A stretch of 64,000 nt of DNA, from NCBI GenBank assembly GCA_951406725.2, contig OX597818.1, forward strand, positions 94,116,001 through 94,180,000. Direction: 5' to 3'. This document shows, piece by piece, positions 29,960 to 43,260 of the stretch (positions are counted from its first letter, which is position 1; every line of letters begins with the position of its first letter). The notes beneath the pieces are model-generated. The model did no database searches and had not been told where the DNA came from. It was given only the letters and a program-made list of their open reading frames with translations. The DNA comes from Octopus vulgaris. Taxonomy: Eukaryota. Both the position numbers and the translations under genes were made by a program.

Positions 29960-30690
29960 TTCACAAACTGTGACCAACAATCCAACAAGTTGTTTTGGAA
30001 GGATGCATATAATTTCTTCAAAAACTTTGGTCTTTCTGTATATGGCACCTCTTTAGCTTGTTTCATTACAAACCCAGTAAATCCTCCTCATATTACATTT
30101 ACATGCACTCCAACCACCCTAGAAACATTATCAAATAGCTCATACCCAACATCTCCTTTAAATTTCCTTACATATCTGCAAATAGACAAATTTCCACAGG
30201 CACTGCACCTTATTACAGGGAAGCACTTCTCAGAAGTGGCTACAAAGAATAAAAAGCATGTATGTAGGGCTCACATCTAGATCACAAACACACAATAGAA
30301 GCAATAGGGAAAGAAACATCACACGGTCCACACTTCCTTACAATGTCAACATAACAAAAAATTTTAGGTCTTTATTAAAAAGCACTTTCCTTTAAACCAC
30401 AAATAATACAAAATATTCAACAAAAACACTTCCTTCAGAATTACTTACTCAGACATATCAAACTTCAAATTATTTCTTGCCTCCTCCAATACCTACAAAC
30501 ACCTGAACATGCTCACACCAAATCCTGCAATTGAAACCACACAAATTACCACCCTCTCAACAATTAACTACTTAGCTAAGAACATAGTTTGCACCAAATC
30601 ATCTTCTTAAGCTTATATAGGTATGACATCCAACCCTTTTAAGTTTTAATACAACTCTCACTCTTATTCATCCAGTCACAACATCCACAG
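29960..30690 (+). mobile_element. Degenerate Penelope-like element (RT thumb + GIY-YIG endonuclease remnant)
   Basis: Manual translation across frameshifts gives HYKPS..YIYMHSNHPRNIIK, LPYNVNIT..IKKHFPLNHK*YKIFNKNT and KNIV..AYIGMTSNPFK, matching PLE motifs SNHP, KHFP..IFN and YIG.T..FK. Confidence 0.7.
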
Positions 30691-31143
30691 TCTAAAAACA
30701 AGATTTGTTTATGTCTGTGAGTGTGTGCATGTGTTAGGTTTTAGTACCTGTGGCACTGGAGAAAACGCTGAGTGTAAAATGCCTCAAAAATATTACATTT
30801 AGTTGAATTCTCTGTAACAATTCTGCCAATCCATTGCCTTTATATATGTGTGTGTATGTGTATCTGTGTTATGTATTTGCATATATATATATAAATATGT
30901 ATTAAATATGTACACACACACATATATACATATGTACATATGTATACGTCATATACATAAATATATTGAGTATAAAACTTTCTCTTATAAAATGGCCATC
31001 ATGTTTTACCTGTGGCTCACACTGGAGTGTAGCCTTAATGTGGAGATAAACCCCTATGAAGATGAACACAAAAACTTAAATACGCGATTGAAAACAAAAT
31101 ATGAACATTTTAAAGAGAAGGAAGATAACATATCATGTGTGTG

Positions 31144-31183
<40 letters not shown>

Positions 31184-32669
31184 TACATATATATATATAT
31201 GCACACACACGCATTCATTTGAATGAGGGGATAATATACAATAATAGTTATAATTTCCCCATGACATGTATTGAAATAATCATTAGATCAATAGTATTTG
31301 AAAGGATGAAAATAAACAAAAAGAGAAATTGAAATTAAATGAAATCACTGTTAAAGGCAGTGGATGTGAAAACCCGAAAGAAGTAAACATTTAATGTGTG
31401 TCCATGTGTATATACACATGGACACACTCATACACATAGGCCCTTCTCATGATGGGCAGGAGTGAGGTAGATTGATAAGGATGGTGGTGTTGGGGATTGC
31501 ATACAGTTTGGTCCAATGCTTTCCTCATTACAGTGAATATGAGAGAGTGAGTATTAAAGAGGTGAGAGCATTGGATAGATCCAATGCCATCTGCTTGCTA
31601 CTCAGGCAGCATGGTACAGTGAATAGGAGAGATCCACAACTAATCTTGGTTACACAAGCAGCATAACACAGTGAACAGTTGATAAGGTTAAGTCAGGGGT
31701 TGGCAAATAGACAAATTTCCACAGGCACTGCACCTTATTACAGGGAAGCACTTCTCAGAAGTGGCTACAAAGAATAAAAAGCATGTATGTAGGGCTCACA
31801 TCTAGATCACAAACACACAATAGAAGCAATAGGGAAAGAAACATCACACGGTCCACACTTCCTTACAATGTCAACATAACAAAAAATTTTTAGGTCTTTA
31901 TTAAAAAGCACTTTCCTTTAAACCACAAATAATACAAAATATTCAACAAAAACACTTCCTTCAGAATTACTTACTCAGACATATCAAACTTCAAATTATT
32001 TCTTGCCTCCTCCAATACCTACAAACACCTGAACATGCTCACACCAAATCCTGCAATTGAAACCACACAAATTACCACCCTCTCAACAATTAACTACTTA
32101 GCTAAGAACATAGTTTGCACCAAATCATCTTCTTAAGCTTATATAGGTATGACATCCAACCCTTTTAAGTTTTAATACAACTCTCACTCTTATTCATCCA
32201 GTCACAACATCCACAGTCTAAAAACAAGATTTGTTTATGTCTGTGAGTGTGTGCATGTGTTAGGTTTTAGTACCTGTGGCACTGGAGAAAACGCTGAGTG
32301 TAAAATGCCTCAAAAATATTACATTTAGTTGAATTCTCTGTAACAATTCTGCCAATCCATTGCCTTTATATATGTGTGTGTATGTGTATCTGTGTTATGT
32401 ATTTGCATATATATATATAAATATGTATTAAATATGTACACACACACATATATACATATGTACATATGTATACGTCATATACATAAATATATTGAGTATA
32501 AAACTTTCTCTTATAAAATGGCCATCATGTTTTACCTGTGGCTCACACTGGAGTGTAGCCTTAATGTGGAGATAAACCCCTATGAAGATGAACACAAAAA
32601 CTTAAATACGCGATTGAAAACAAAATATGAACATTTTAAAGAGAAGGAAGATAACATATCATGTGTGTG

Positions 32670-32709
<40 letters not shown>

Positions 32710-33227
32710 TACATATATATATATATGCACACACACGCATTCATTTGAATGAGGGGATAATATACAATAATAGTTATAATTTCCCCATGACATGTATTGA
32801 AATAATCATTAGATCAATAGTATTTGAAAGGATGAAAATAAACAAAAAGAGAAATTGAAATTAAATGAAATCACTGTTAAAGGCAGTGGATGTGAAAACC
32901 CGAAAGAAGTAAACATTTAATGTGTGTCCATGTGTATATACACATGGACACACTCATACACATAGGCCCTTCTCATGATGGGCAGGAGTGAGGTAGATTG
33001 ATAAGGATGGTGGTGTTGGGGATTGCATACAGTTTGGTCCAATGCTTTCCTCATTACAGTGAATATGAGAGAGTGAGTATTAAAGAGGTGAGAGCATTGG
33101 ATAGATCCAATGCCATCTGCTTGCTACTCAGGCAGCATGGTACAGTGAATAGGAGAGATCCACAACTAATCTTGGTTACACAAGCAGCATAACACAGTGA
33201 ACAGTTGATAAGGTTAAGTCAGGGGTT
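30178..33227 (+). repeat. Near-identical direct tandem duplication, 2 x ~1.52 kb (30178-31701; 31703-33227)
   Basis: Identical ORF sets offset by 1526 (30848/32374, 31135/32661, 31472/32998). The only difference I noticed is a 1-nt T indel near 30365/31891. Confidence 0.97.
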
Positions 33228-33470
33228 CCCAAACTTTTTCAGGCTGCTGCTCCCTTGGTACCCAGGTCATATTCCTAGTGCCCTACCCCCCACTAACATA
33301 GACCACTTTCTGTATTAAATTTAAAACAACTGTATTTCACAAATATTACTTAACCTAATTAGCCCATTATTTTATTATTGCCCCCTTTTGGCCTCCCCAT
33401 TATTGCCCCCCACTTTCCTTCAGTACCCCGCCCCCAAGGGGCAGTACCACCCACTTTTTGGGAACCACTG
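33220..33470. mobile_element. hAT (Charlie-like) MITE, 251 bp
   Basis: TIRs CAGGGGTTCCCAAA / TTTGGGAACCACTG with an 8-bp TSD GGTTAAGT (33212-33219 and 33471-33478). Confidence 0.92.
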
Positions 33471-33555
33471 GGTTAAGTGATAGTAAGATGAAGAGAGGTT
33501 ATTAAAGGAGGTAACATCTAGATTTTAACCAGGATATATTGGGTAAACACCCAAA

Positions 33556-33586
<31 letters not shown>

Positions 33587-33860
33587 TGCACCTCCCAGCC
33601 TCAGCTCATTTGTGCACTGTTGTTTATGCTTGCTAACATCTCACATTCAGTGGAGCATACTCGTTTCGTTTCTTTCTCCTCTTTGCAAACTACGTCAAAC
33701 TTGTGTGCGATGGCTCTGTGTTTGTATGTATCTATGTATATATAAATATATATATTAGCGTGTGTGTGTGTTTGTATATATGTATCAATGTAAATATGTG
33801 TGTCTGTGTACATTTTTGCAAAATATATATAAAATGTATGTGTCTGTATGTGTGTGTGTC

Positions 33861-33892
<32 letters not shown>

Positions 33893-34869
33893 TATGTCTA
33901 GTGAGTCTTCACTGGTATATTTAACCCAGCATGATTTGGCACCCTCTTCTTGACGCTTGATTTTATTCTCTTTATGTGTCAGGATGAGGGACTCTTTTCC
34001 TTTTTTTTCTTTTACTTTTGTGGCAGAGGGGTTGTGGTGTGGATTTAAAAATCTTTTATGGCTTTAGGGAAGGGAGATCAGTACCCACAGCCTTAGTCTT
34101 GATTTCATGTCTAATTGCAGAACAGTATGAAGAAACCACAACCTGCTCCAAATACTTGCAACTTGATTAAAGGTACCCAAGTAGAACGTTAAGGTGGTAG
34201 TAGACTAGGTGTCGAATTTTGTTTACCACCAAGTGTACAGGTATAGTCCAAAGTAGTTTGGCATGGTTTCAGTCTACCCTGTTCTACTCGCAAGGTTTGA
34301 ATATACCCGAGGGTATAGTTGAAGAAGAAAAAGATGAAGATGCCCAAAGTGCAGCACAGTAGGCATGAACTCTTGTGATTGTAAATCCTGTTGATGACAC
34401 TGTATTGTGTCTGGTTCCCAAGACCACTTGAATGTCAGCAGCCCAGTCCACTTGGCTGCAGACAGGTACCACAGTACAGCAGAATTCAAAGCAGCAACAG
34501 TGTGGGAATTGAGTGGTTCGTTTGTTTCATTGCTGAGTTTAGTGGAGTGAACTACTTGCAGTGGAACTGTATCCTATCCAAAGACAAGGGTTGTCTCTTA
34601 TCTACTTAATTCTATGTAAAAAGGAGTAAAGTACCAGCTCTGTGGATTTTTTTTTTTTTGCTACCTTTCCTACACACACACACATACACACACTCGCACA
34701 CTACTTTCTCTTTGTCTCTACGTGCATACACATGCACACACTCTTCAGCAGTAATTCCCCCTCCCACTCTCATTACTACCAACACCATCATTAATGTGAT
34801 GTGTACATGTCCACAAAAGAGGCTGGATTCCTCCTCAAAATACACAATTTGATCTTTGCTAACCCTTGG

Positions 34870-35090
34870 CACATTGGATTGGCAGGCTCATTAGAGTGTC
34901 AGGAAAAATGCTTTGTGATATTTGTTCTGGCTCTTTATCTTCTGAGTTCAAATCCTGCCAAGGTCAACTTTGCCTTTCATCCCTACAGGGTCGATAAAAT
35001 AAAGTACCAGTCAAGTGCTGGGGTCAATGGTATTGACTGGCCCCTGCCCTCAAAACTTCTGGCCTTGTGCCTAAATAAGAAACATTATGT
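34870..35090 (+). mobile_element. SINE family A, degenerate
   Basis: Core gagttcaaatcctgccaaggtcaactttgcctttcatcc..gtcgataaaataaagtaccag. Confidence 0.75.
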
Positions 35091-35782
35091 TATTATCATA
35101 ATAATCCCACTGGGTCAGTTTTGTCTTCCATTCTTCCTGGGTCTATTCTACAAAACGAGTACCAGTTAAATACTGAGGTTGATTGGATTGACTACATCCT
35201 CCCTCCCAAAGGCCTGGCCTTGTGCCTGTGTTAGAAGTTATCATCATTATTATTATTATTGTTGTTGTTAATGTTGTGAATAAAGTGCTACAAGTTAAAA
35301 ATATAAGAAAAAATCCCCCCTAAAAAAACTTGTGGTGGTGTTTGGGAAGAGGTGCAGTTGTCGACTCCCTCCCTAAAAAAAAAAAACAACGAACATATTA
35401 TTTGAAAAATACCTTAACATAGAGGTGAGTGTGTTGCAGTGGTTGATGTGGAAAGGTGCAGGGTGCTCTTGGCTCTGTTGATCAATGTGCCCTTGAGTAA
35501 GGGAGGGATAGGGAACAATACCTCCTCTCTTTCTTCCCTCATTTCTCTTTCTCTCTCTTTTTTCTTTCTCCTCTCTTTCTCTCTCTTCTCCCCCCTCTCT
35601 CGCTTTGTAATTAATTCTAACTGACAGTGATGATGAGGAGAATGAAGACAATGATTCATGATAGTGCTGTGATAGATCATTGAGGTTTAAGTAAAAATAG
35701 TAAGTTAATAATAATAGTTATAATAATATTGTTGATAATAACTGTATTGAAGATGGAAATAATCATAATAATAATGATTTGT

Positions 35783-35817
<35 letters not shown>

Positions 35818-37909
35818 GATAATAGTAACAGTGGTTTGTAGGACACAAAAGTGTTTTTCCTTTTTTAATTTGTTGATGAAACCCCCACCTTCCTGTGGAA
35901 TGTCCATAAAGTTAGGGTTCTCAACCAGTGACCACTTGGCTGTAACCATCTTTTTTTTTTTTTTTCAAATTTTTCAGTTTTTCATTTTGTCAGTTCTCCA
36001 CAGTTTTCTCTTCCTTGCTCCATTCTACCATCTTTCACTCTTTGCTTTTGGTTTCTCCATCGATAAACCACTAACCCTCCCAAGTATCACCTCCTCCTCC
36101 TACCTGTTCATTCTTTCTTCCTGGCTCAGCTTTACTCATCTTAGCATTGTACCCCCTCTCATTTTTTTTCTATGGTGTCACCCTGTTATCTCTTTGAACT
36201 AGACTGTAACCATTGAATCTCTTGCTTCAGTTCAGCCCACCATTATGGGCCTGTTTGATTCACAACAGGTTTGTGACAACAACAACAAAAAAATGTCCAC
36301 TTATCTATTCCTCCAGCATTCAACTGACCCACCACCATTCCATGTCATAATTAAAAATGAACAAAGATAAAACTGCTTCATAATTAAAAGAAGGTGACTG
36401 GCAGCAGAACTGTTGTTGCCCCTTTTCACTTTTATCTTCTACCTTTACCTTGTCATCTCCTACTTAAACCCTCTTGCCCCATTCCATATTGCTCTGTCCC
36501 CTACCTTCACTTCTCTCTGTCTTTTCACTCCCTTCCCCAGTTTTGCTTACCCTTTCATTACTTTCTTCACACTGCTGTCATCTTCAACCCCTCTATCCAT
36601 GCTGCACTCCCCAGTCCCTCCTCTGTATCTTTTCTTGGCCCCTTCTAATCACCATTAATCTGTCAGCCATATATCTCTTTAGATGCTGATATTTTTTTCT
36701 TTTACAAAACATAACTTCCATTCCAACCAGTTTATCACTCTATCAATGTGGACTATCTTGGTTAATCAATTGTAATTATTTCTAATTACTGCACCTTATT
36801 AGAGTGGTAGCAGCTGGCAGATGTTAATTGTGGAGGGGTAGGTCTATGAGCTGTAGGTCACTGGTTCATTAATGATGTCAGCACTATATTGTGTCTACAT
36901 CCAAGACACTGAACTCATCTTAATGGTCCAGTTTACCTTGCTGTATGGATTTTCAGCTGGAACACTGTAAAACTGATGAATGCTTTACATGCAATGCTGA
37001 ATTCTTGCAATGGGTTTTCCCATGGAGAGGCCACAGCCCCTGACAAACTGATATATGGCATAAAGACAAAACCCTTCGGTGGTGACCCATAACACCCTTT
37101 ACATTATGGGATTCCATTGTTACTACTTTTTCATTTCTATTTCTGCCAACCTGTTGATCAGGACAGAGTTAGAATATCCATGACAATCCATACCCCTCTC
37201 TCCCTGTCCCTTTCTTTCCCCCTCATTTACTTTTTTTTTTTAATGTATCATGTTTTAGAATGATTGTTGTTGTTAATGTTGTTGTAACAGTTTGTTGTTT
37301 TATATATTCCAGCAATACTACATTTTCTAGTTCGGTTGCTGAGCAGATCTGGATTAGAATAAAAATAGCTAATCAAAGTATTAGTAACAGTTCACAGCAT
37401 ACATACATACACACACACACACACATGCATATATCTTTGCAATTTGCAAGCCAATCATCACTGGTGCTAGTGCCATTGAAAAAGCACCCAGTACACTCAA
37501 TAAAGTGGTTGACATTAGGAGGGGCATCTAGCCATAGAAACCATGGCATAGTCCTCCAACTTATCAAACACTGTAAAATAGTCCACTCCATGCTAGCATG
37601 GAAGTCAGACATTAAATGATGGTGAGGAGGATGGGGATGATATAGCTCTAAAATTATAGTTTAGAGTATTAAATTTTGGGTGGAACTTTACCATTCACTC
37701 AGTATTCTACGTATTGTCATACAGTGGTCAGACATATTAAGGGATGTGGAATTTTACTCACTTTAAGGTAGTAATGGACTCTGTAGACACTTTGTTAATT
37801 TATGCAATACTCAAGGAAGAGTTTTTGAGAATAATTTGACTGTAATTATATTGAGCTGGTGAAGCAAATGCAGAGAAACTCATAAAATATTCATATGGTC
37901 TCTATTGTA

Positions 37910-38120
37910 ACCCTTTAGCTTTCAGATCATTCTGTCAAGTGCAATCTTTATTCACATCATTTTGAATTTATCAGCCATTATCTGACAACTTAAAGATTTT
38001 GATAATGTGATTGTTTATTTTTAGAATGGTTAGGTGTGACAGGCTTGATTTGGCTGATTTTAACGTAAACCAGTTAGAATATTTGGGTTGGATGTGGCCA
38101 TTTTAAATGCTAAAGGACTA
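37910..38120. mobile_element. Degenerate MITE (ccctttagc..gctaaagg termini); related fragments at ~24775-24945 and ~25780-25920
   Basis: Short inverted termini aaccctttagc / gctaaagg. The interior is the reverse complement of the 24775 segment. Confidence 0.55.
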
Positions 38121-40234
38121 GGTTTTAGAAGAATTGCGGAAGGAGATTTAGCTGTTGTATTTAATATATCAGTCAGACAATAAAAAAGAAGACCTCTTGT
38201 TGATTCAAATGGCACTCGTAAATGATTTATTGGCTCCAGTATTGAGTTGTTATAGTTCTGAGTAAAGAGCAGTTCAGTTACTTCCTCTAGCTTTATGGAA
38301 GCTTCTTGATTGGTTTGTGTGTGTGGTACAGCCTTGTTCAGCTGTGTTTAGGTTGTGACCAATGGTTTGGTGAGGTATTAGACGATGGAGAGTCAGAAGT
38401 TGTATTCTGTCACCACTGCTACTTTTGTTGCTGTTACCATGTAAAAAAGGAAAGCCTAATATCAGCCTGCATTAGTCAGATATGTACAGTTGTGGTAATG
38501 CTTGTATATTCGGGTTGTATGTGCGTATGTTTATACACACATACATGTATGTGTGTGTGTAGTGACTTATATGTACATATGTAGATGTGTATATATATAT
38601 ATATGTATACATATATATGTATTTGTGCACAAATTTACATGTGTGTGTGTGTGTAAGATGTGTATATGAGTGTATATATTTATATGTATGTGCATGTGTG
38701 TTTGAATGTGTATCTCTTTCCTATCAAGTATTAAACTCCACTAATTTATGACAATGGTTAGGGGTTTGTCCTAATTTTAAATGTTTATAGTATAAAAATA
38801 TACTCAAATAGATTACAAAGCGGAAAGGTAGTGATGAACATTTTATTCTCAATGTATTCTGACTCCACTATGGTAGGGCATGTTTGATATATGAACTTTC
38901 TTTAACTTCATAATGAACATTCCAAATTTTGAACTGGCTTTCATCTGAGAACTTTACAAAAAAAAAAAAAAGAAAAGTCCCCTCCTCTCCAAACTGACCA
39001 TTATGACTGCACACAAATTTGAGCAACAAGCTAAATGGATGAGTTTATACAGCTTTGGCACGAACAGCTGGTTTGTTTTAGGTTGTCAGTCAAGAATCTC
39101 CTTTGATGAGAATGGAACTGTAACCCAATGAGCTGCTGTATTTTGGATCATTGGTCAAGTTCTGCTGTTGTACTGTTGTAGATTTCAAATGCTTCATAGG
39201 ATTTTAAACTTTTCTTTTAACTTTGGATTTTTTTTTTATTACAGTAAGGGGTTGTTTGTCTTTGCACAGTAAGTGGCTGAGAAATCGTGGAGTAGATGGC
39301 AATCTGTCTTTGTTGAACAAGAAAGAAATGGATTATATAGAATATATTATTGTTGTACAGAGCAGGCCAAGCCAATAGCTAAAACCTAACCACAATATGG
39401 ATAAAGAGACATAAGATTCCATATATATATATATATATATATATATATTGATCTGCTTTAAATTATTACATGGCTGGGTCCAACCTATATTTAAAGCCTG
39501 AAGGTTTGTTAAAGAAAATTTGGCTATTACTTTGAGATGAGAATGCTACATGGAAACTTTTACTGCCTTGTGTGACCCCTATTTTAAATATTAAGTAGTT
39601 TATTGAGGGTAAGTTTGGCTATGACTTTGAGCGAATCAATCAAGTGACTGCATAAATATTGAGCCAACTGTTAACAGTTGGCTTATGTGGTCTCTAGTTT
39701 GAAGACACACCAGGGAGTTTGTTGATGAATGTATCTGACCTTGAGAGAGTTATGGGTTAGTCCCTGATTAGCCAGCCCCCCAAAAGTTATTGCTGTTGCT
39801 ATTGTTTCTATACCAGGTCTACATTATCTCCTTAAACACCTATAAACACAAACACATTTTTCAAAAAAAGCAAAATAACCTTTTTTTTTTTTCTCTTATT
39901 ACCTCTTGAACAGTTCAGTTTTGTGGGGTTGAATGGAGTGGAATAATGGCTCAGTGATTTAAGGATGTCTATTGGTATTGACTAGCTTATATGGTGTGGT
40001 GTGAATAGGTATCATTTCACTCACAGTTTTGTGTTAGAAACGGTTCACTCCGAACACCACCTGTATCTTTGCTGTGTTATACCACTATATAATCTATTTG
40101 CAGGTGGAAAAGAGGGTAAAACCAGGGGCATTTTTTTTTCCATTTTAACTAAGATTTTTTTATTTTATTCTGTGCATAGGAATGTATATTATACTCTTGT
40201 TATGCAGGTTTCAAATCCACCCTTCGCTAACAGT

Positions 40235-40288
40235 TTATATATATATATCTATATCTATCTATCTATATATATATATGTTTGTATGTAA

Positions 40289-40320
<32 letters not shown>

Positions 40321-40438
40321 GTGTATATATATATATATGTATATATATATATGTTTGTATGTAAGTGTGTGTGTGTGTGTATATATATATATATGTGTAT
40401 ATATATATATATGTATATATATATATGTTTGTATGTAA

Positions 40439-40470
<32 letters not shown>

Positions 40471-40516
40471 GTGTGTATATATATATATATGTATATATAT
40501 ATATGTTTGTATGTAA

Positions 40517-40548
<32 letters not shown>

Positions 40549-40551
40549 GTG

Positions 40552-40585
<34 letters not shown>

Positions 40586-40598
40586 TGTTTGTATGTAA

Positions 40599-40686
<88 letters not shown>

Positions 40687-40696
40687 ATGTATGTGT
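40235..40696. repeat. Higher-order (TA)/(TG) repeat with recurring gtttgtatgtaagtgtg unit
   Basis: Five recurrences at ~75-80-bp spacing. Confidence 0.9.
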
Positions 40697-41227
40697 TTAG
40701 TTTTAAATTCTTACATTTTTCTAGATATGAAATTTTTCCTTTCAATGCTCTTCAAACACCCTGACAAACCCTCAGTCCCCTGCTCACACATAATTTAAAT
40801 TTGATTCACCTACCCACAAACATTTTGCCCACTTTTATTCATTTACATATACACACATACACAAAACACTGCCCATGGCCCATGGTCACACATTGCTCAG
40901 ATATAACCCCTCCCCACTCTCCCAAACCAAATTAAAAAAAAAAAAATTAAATTCTGACTCTTTTGTTTATTCTGTTATTTTTGGATATCTGTTTTGTACA
41001 GTGTTGTGTAATCCCCTTCTCTTGCCCCTTCTCACACTATCTTACTCCCTTACACACACACATGCACACATACACACACACACCTAAAGATTTTTCTTAA
41101 AAGGAACCATGTTTCCATATCCTGTTGTTCCCACTTCTTTTATTTTTCATTTTTTTTTTTTTCTGTTTTTGTTTTTAAAATATTTCTGTGTGTGTATGTC
41201 AGGTTTTTTCTTTGAATTTTACTTGAA

Positions 41228-41249
41228 AATAAACTATTTCTGTAATAAA
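41228..41249 (+). terminator. Candidate distal poly(A) signals (two AATAAA)
   Basis: AATAAA at 41228 and 41244, with U-rich sequence and TGTA upstream and a GU/U-rich tract (tcttgtttgagttttcttttt...) downstream. Confidence 0.45.
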
Positions 41250-41394
41250 TCTCTTGTTTGAGTTTTCTTTTTTTTTTTTTGTCTTGTTTGAACCCTGTGC
41301 TTATTTATTGCTAAAACGAGGACAAATTCATGTGTATTACTTAATAATATAATTTTGTATTTAACCCTTTTGTTATCATATTTCTATTAAAATA

Positions 41395-41803
41395 GGCGCA
41401 GGAGTGGCTGTGTGGTAAGTAGCTTGCTTACCAACTACATGGTTCCGGGTTCAGTCCCACTCCGTGGCATCTTGGGCAAGTGTCTTCTACTATAGCCTCA
41501 GGCCGACCAAAGCCTTGTGAGTGGATTTGGTAGATGGAAACTGAAAGAAGCCCGTCTTATATATGTATATATATATGTATGTGTGTGTATGTTTGTGTGT
41601 CTGTGTTTGTCCCCCTAGCATTGCTTGACAACCGATGCTGGTGTGTTTACATCGCTGTCACTTAGCGGTTCGGCAAAAGAGACTGATAGAATAAGTACTG
41701 GGCTTACAAAGAATAAGTCATGGGGTCGATTTGCTCAACTAAAGGCGATGCTCCAGCATGGCCGCAGTCAAATGACTGAAACAAGTAAAAGAGTAAAAGA
41801 GAG
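41395..41803 (+). mobile_element. SINE family B (tRNA head, CORE-like cttgggcaagtg), full length, nested in a piggyBac-type MITE that begins at 41362
   Basis: ggcgcaggagtggctgtgtggtaag..ggttcagtccc (A/B boxes), with a gtaaaaga-repeat tail. The flanks rejoin to resemble the MITE at 45988. Confidence 0.88.
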
Positions 41804-42129
41804 TAATATATTTGCCTCTGTTTCAATTGATTTCTAAAATAATGAAAAATTTATTAGAATAACTTTAATGTTCTAGACTGATTAATATATTTTACTTATT
41901 TCAGTCATTGGACTGCAGCCATGCTGGGGGCACTGCCTTGAAGGGTTTTAATTGAATAAATCAACTTCAGTATTATTTTCTAAAGTCTGGTACTTTATCA
42001 GTTTCTTTTGCTGAACCACTAAATTACAATGGTTGTTGAGTTGGTGGTGGTAGGGACAAACACAAAACACACATATATAATCACCATCATTTAATGATTT
42101 ATACATGCATACATTACAGCGAGAGAGTT

Positions 42130-43260
42130 ATGGCCCAATTAATGCAGTTTCTTTTTGTGCCAGGTAGAAGTATGCCTGATGTTATCTTTTTTAGTCAGGG
42201 AACTTCAGAAGCATTTAACTAAGAGTAAATCTTTACACTTGACATTTGCTGACCTAGAGAAAGCCTTCAACAGATATGGTGGTTTCTCAGAAGCTAGGGT
42301 TAGATGAATGACTTGTGAAAGATGTAACAAGCCATGTACTAGGGGTGTTGTCAGTAAGGTGAGTTATCCCTGAATCCCTGAAGTCAAATGAAATCATAAT
42401 CTCATGGCCTATGCCAGGGGCGTAACCAGCCCACTTATGCGTACCTTTTCCTTCTTTGGACACTAAAACTCTGCTTGCGAAGACCTGTTGAGGCAATGAA
42501 ATCAATCAAAAGTAGAATCAAAATCAAATTCGATGTCTGGCATTCATGCTAGCAGGGTGCAAAGAGCACCATACGAATGTGATCATTGACAGAGCGGCTA
42601 ACCGGCTTCTGTGCCAGTGGCACTTAAAGGGCACCATTCGAGCGTGATCGTTAACACTGTCGCCTTACTGGCACTTGTGCCCGTGCTAGTAGGGTACCAA
42701 GAGCACCATCCGAGCGTGATTGTTGCCAGAGCAGCCAACTGGCTTCCGTGCCAGTGGCACGTAAAAGGGTACCATTCAAGCATGATCATTACCAACGTCG
42801 CCTTACTGGTACCTGTGATGGTGGCATGTGTAAAAGTATTCGAGTGAGGTCGTTGCCAGTACCGCCTGACTGGCCCCCATGCCGGTCACATGTAAAAAGC
42901 ACCCACTACACTCTAGGAGTGGTTGGCATTAGGAAGGGCATCCAGCTGTAGAAATTCTGCCAAATCAAGATTGGAGCCTGGTTCACCAGCCCTCAGTCAA
43001 AATCGTTCAACCCATGCTAGCATGGAAAGCGGACGTTAAACGATGATGATGATGATGATGACAGTGTGTTGGTAGGTGTTCACCAGGGCTTGATTCTCTG
43101 TCCTCTCCTATACATCATTGTCCTCCAGACCATAACAGAAGAATTTAAAACTGGTTGCCTATGGAAACTACTTTATGCTGATGGTCTTGCTTTTATCACA
43201 AAATCTGTAACAGAATTAGAAAACAAATTGCAGGTGTGGAAGCAAAATCTGGAATCATAG
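42130..43260 (+). mobile_element. RTE reverse transcriptase relic interrupted by an RTE 3' UTR insertion (~42370-43061)
   Basis: FADLEKAFNR at ~42245 and VGVHQGLILCPLLYIIVL..LLYADGL at 43066-43260. Confidence 0.8.

Noticed and set aside
34121-34362. Possible extra exon after ..attgcag, with an acidic stretch EEEKDED
   Set aside because: Weak polypyrimidine tract, stops in all frames and no recognisable homology.
41395-41470. tRNA genes (also 52490-52558 and 61525)
   Set aside because: These are tRNA-like heads of SINEs that continue into SINE bodies; no complete cloverleaf.
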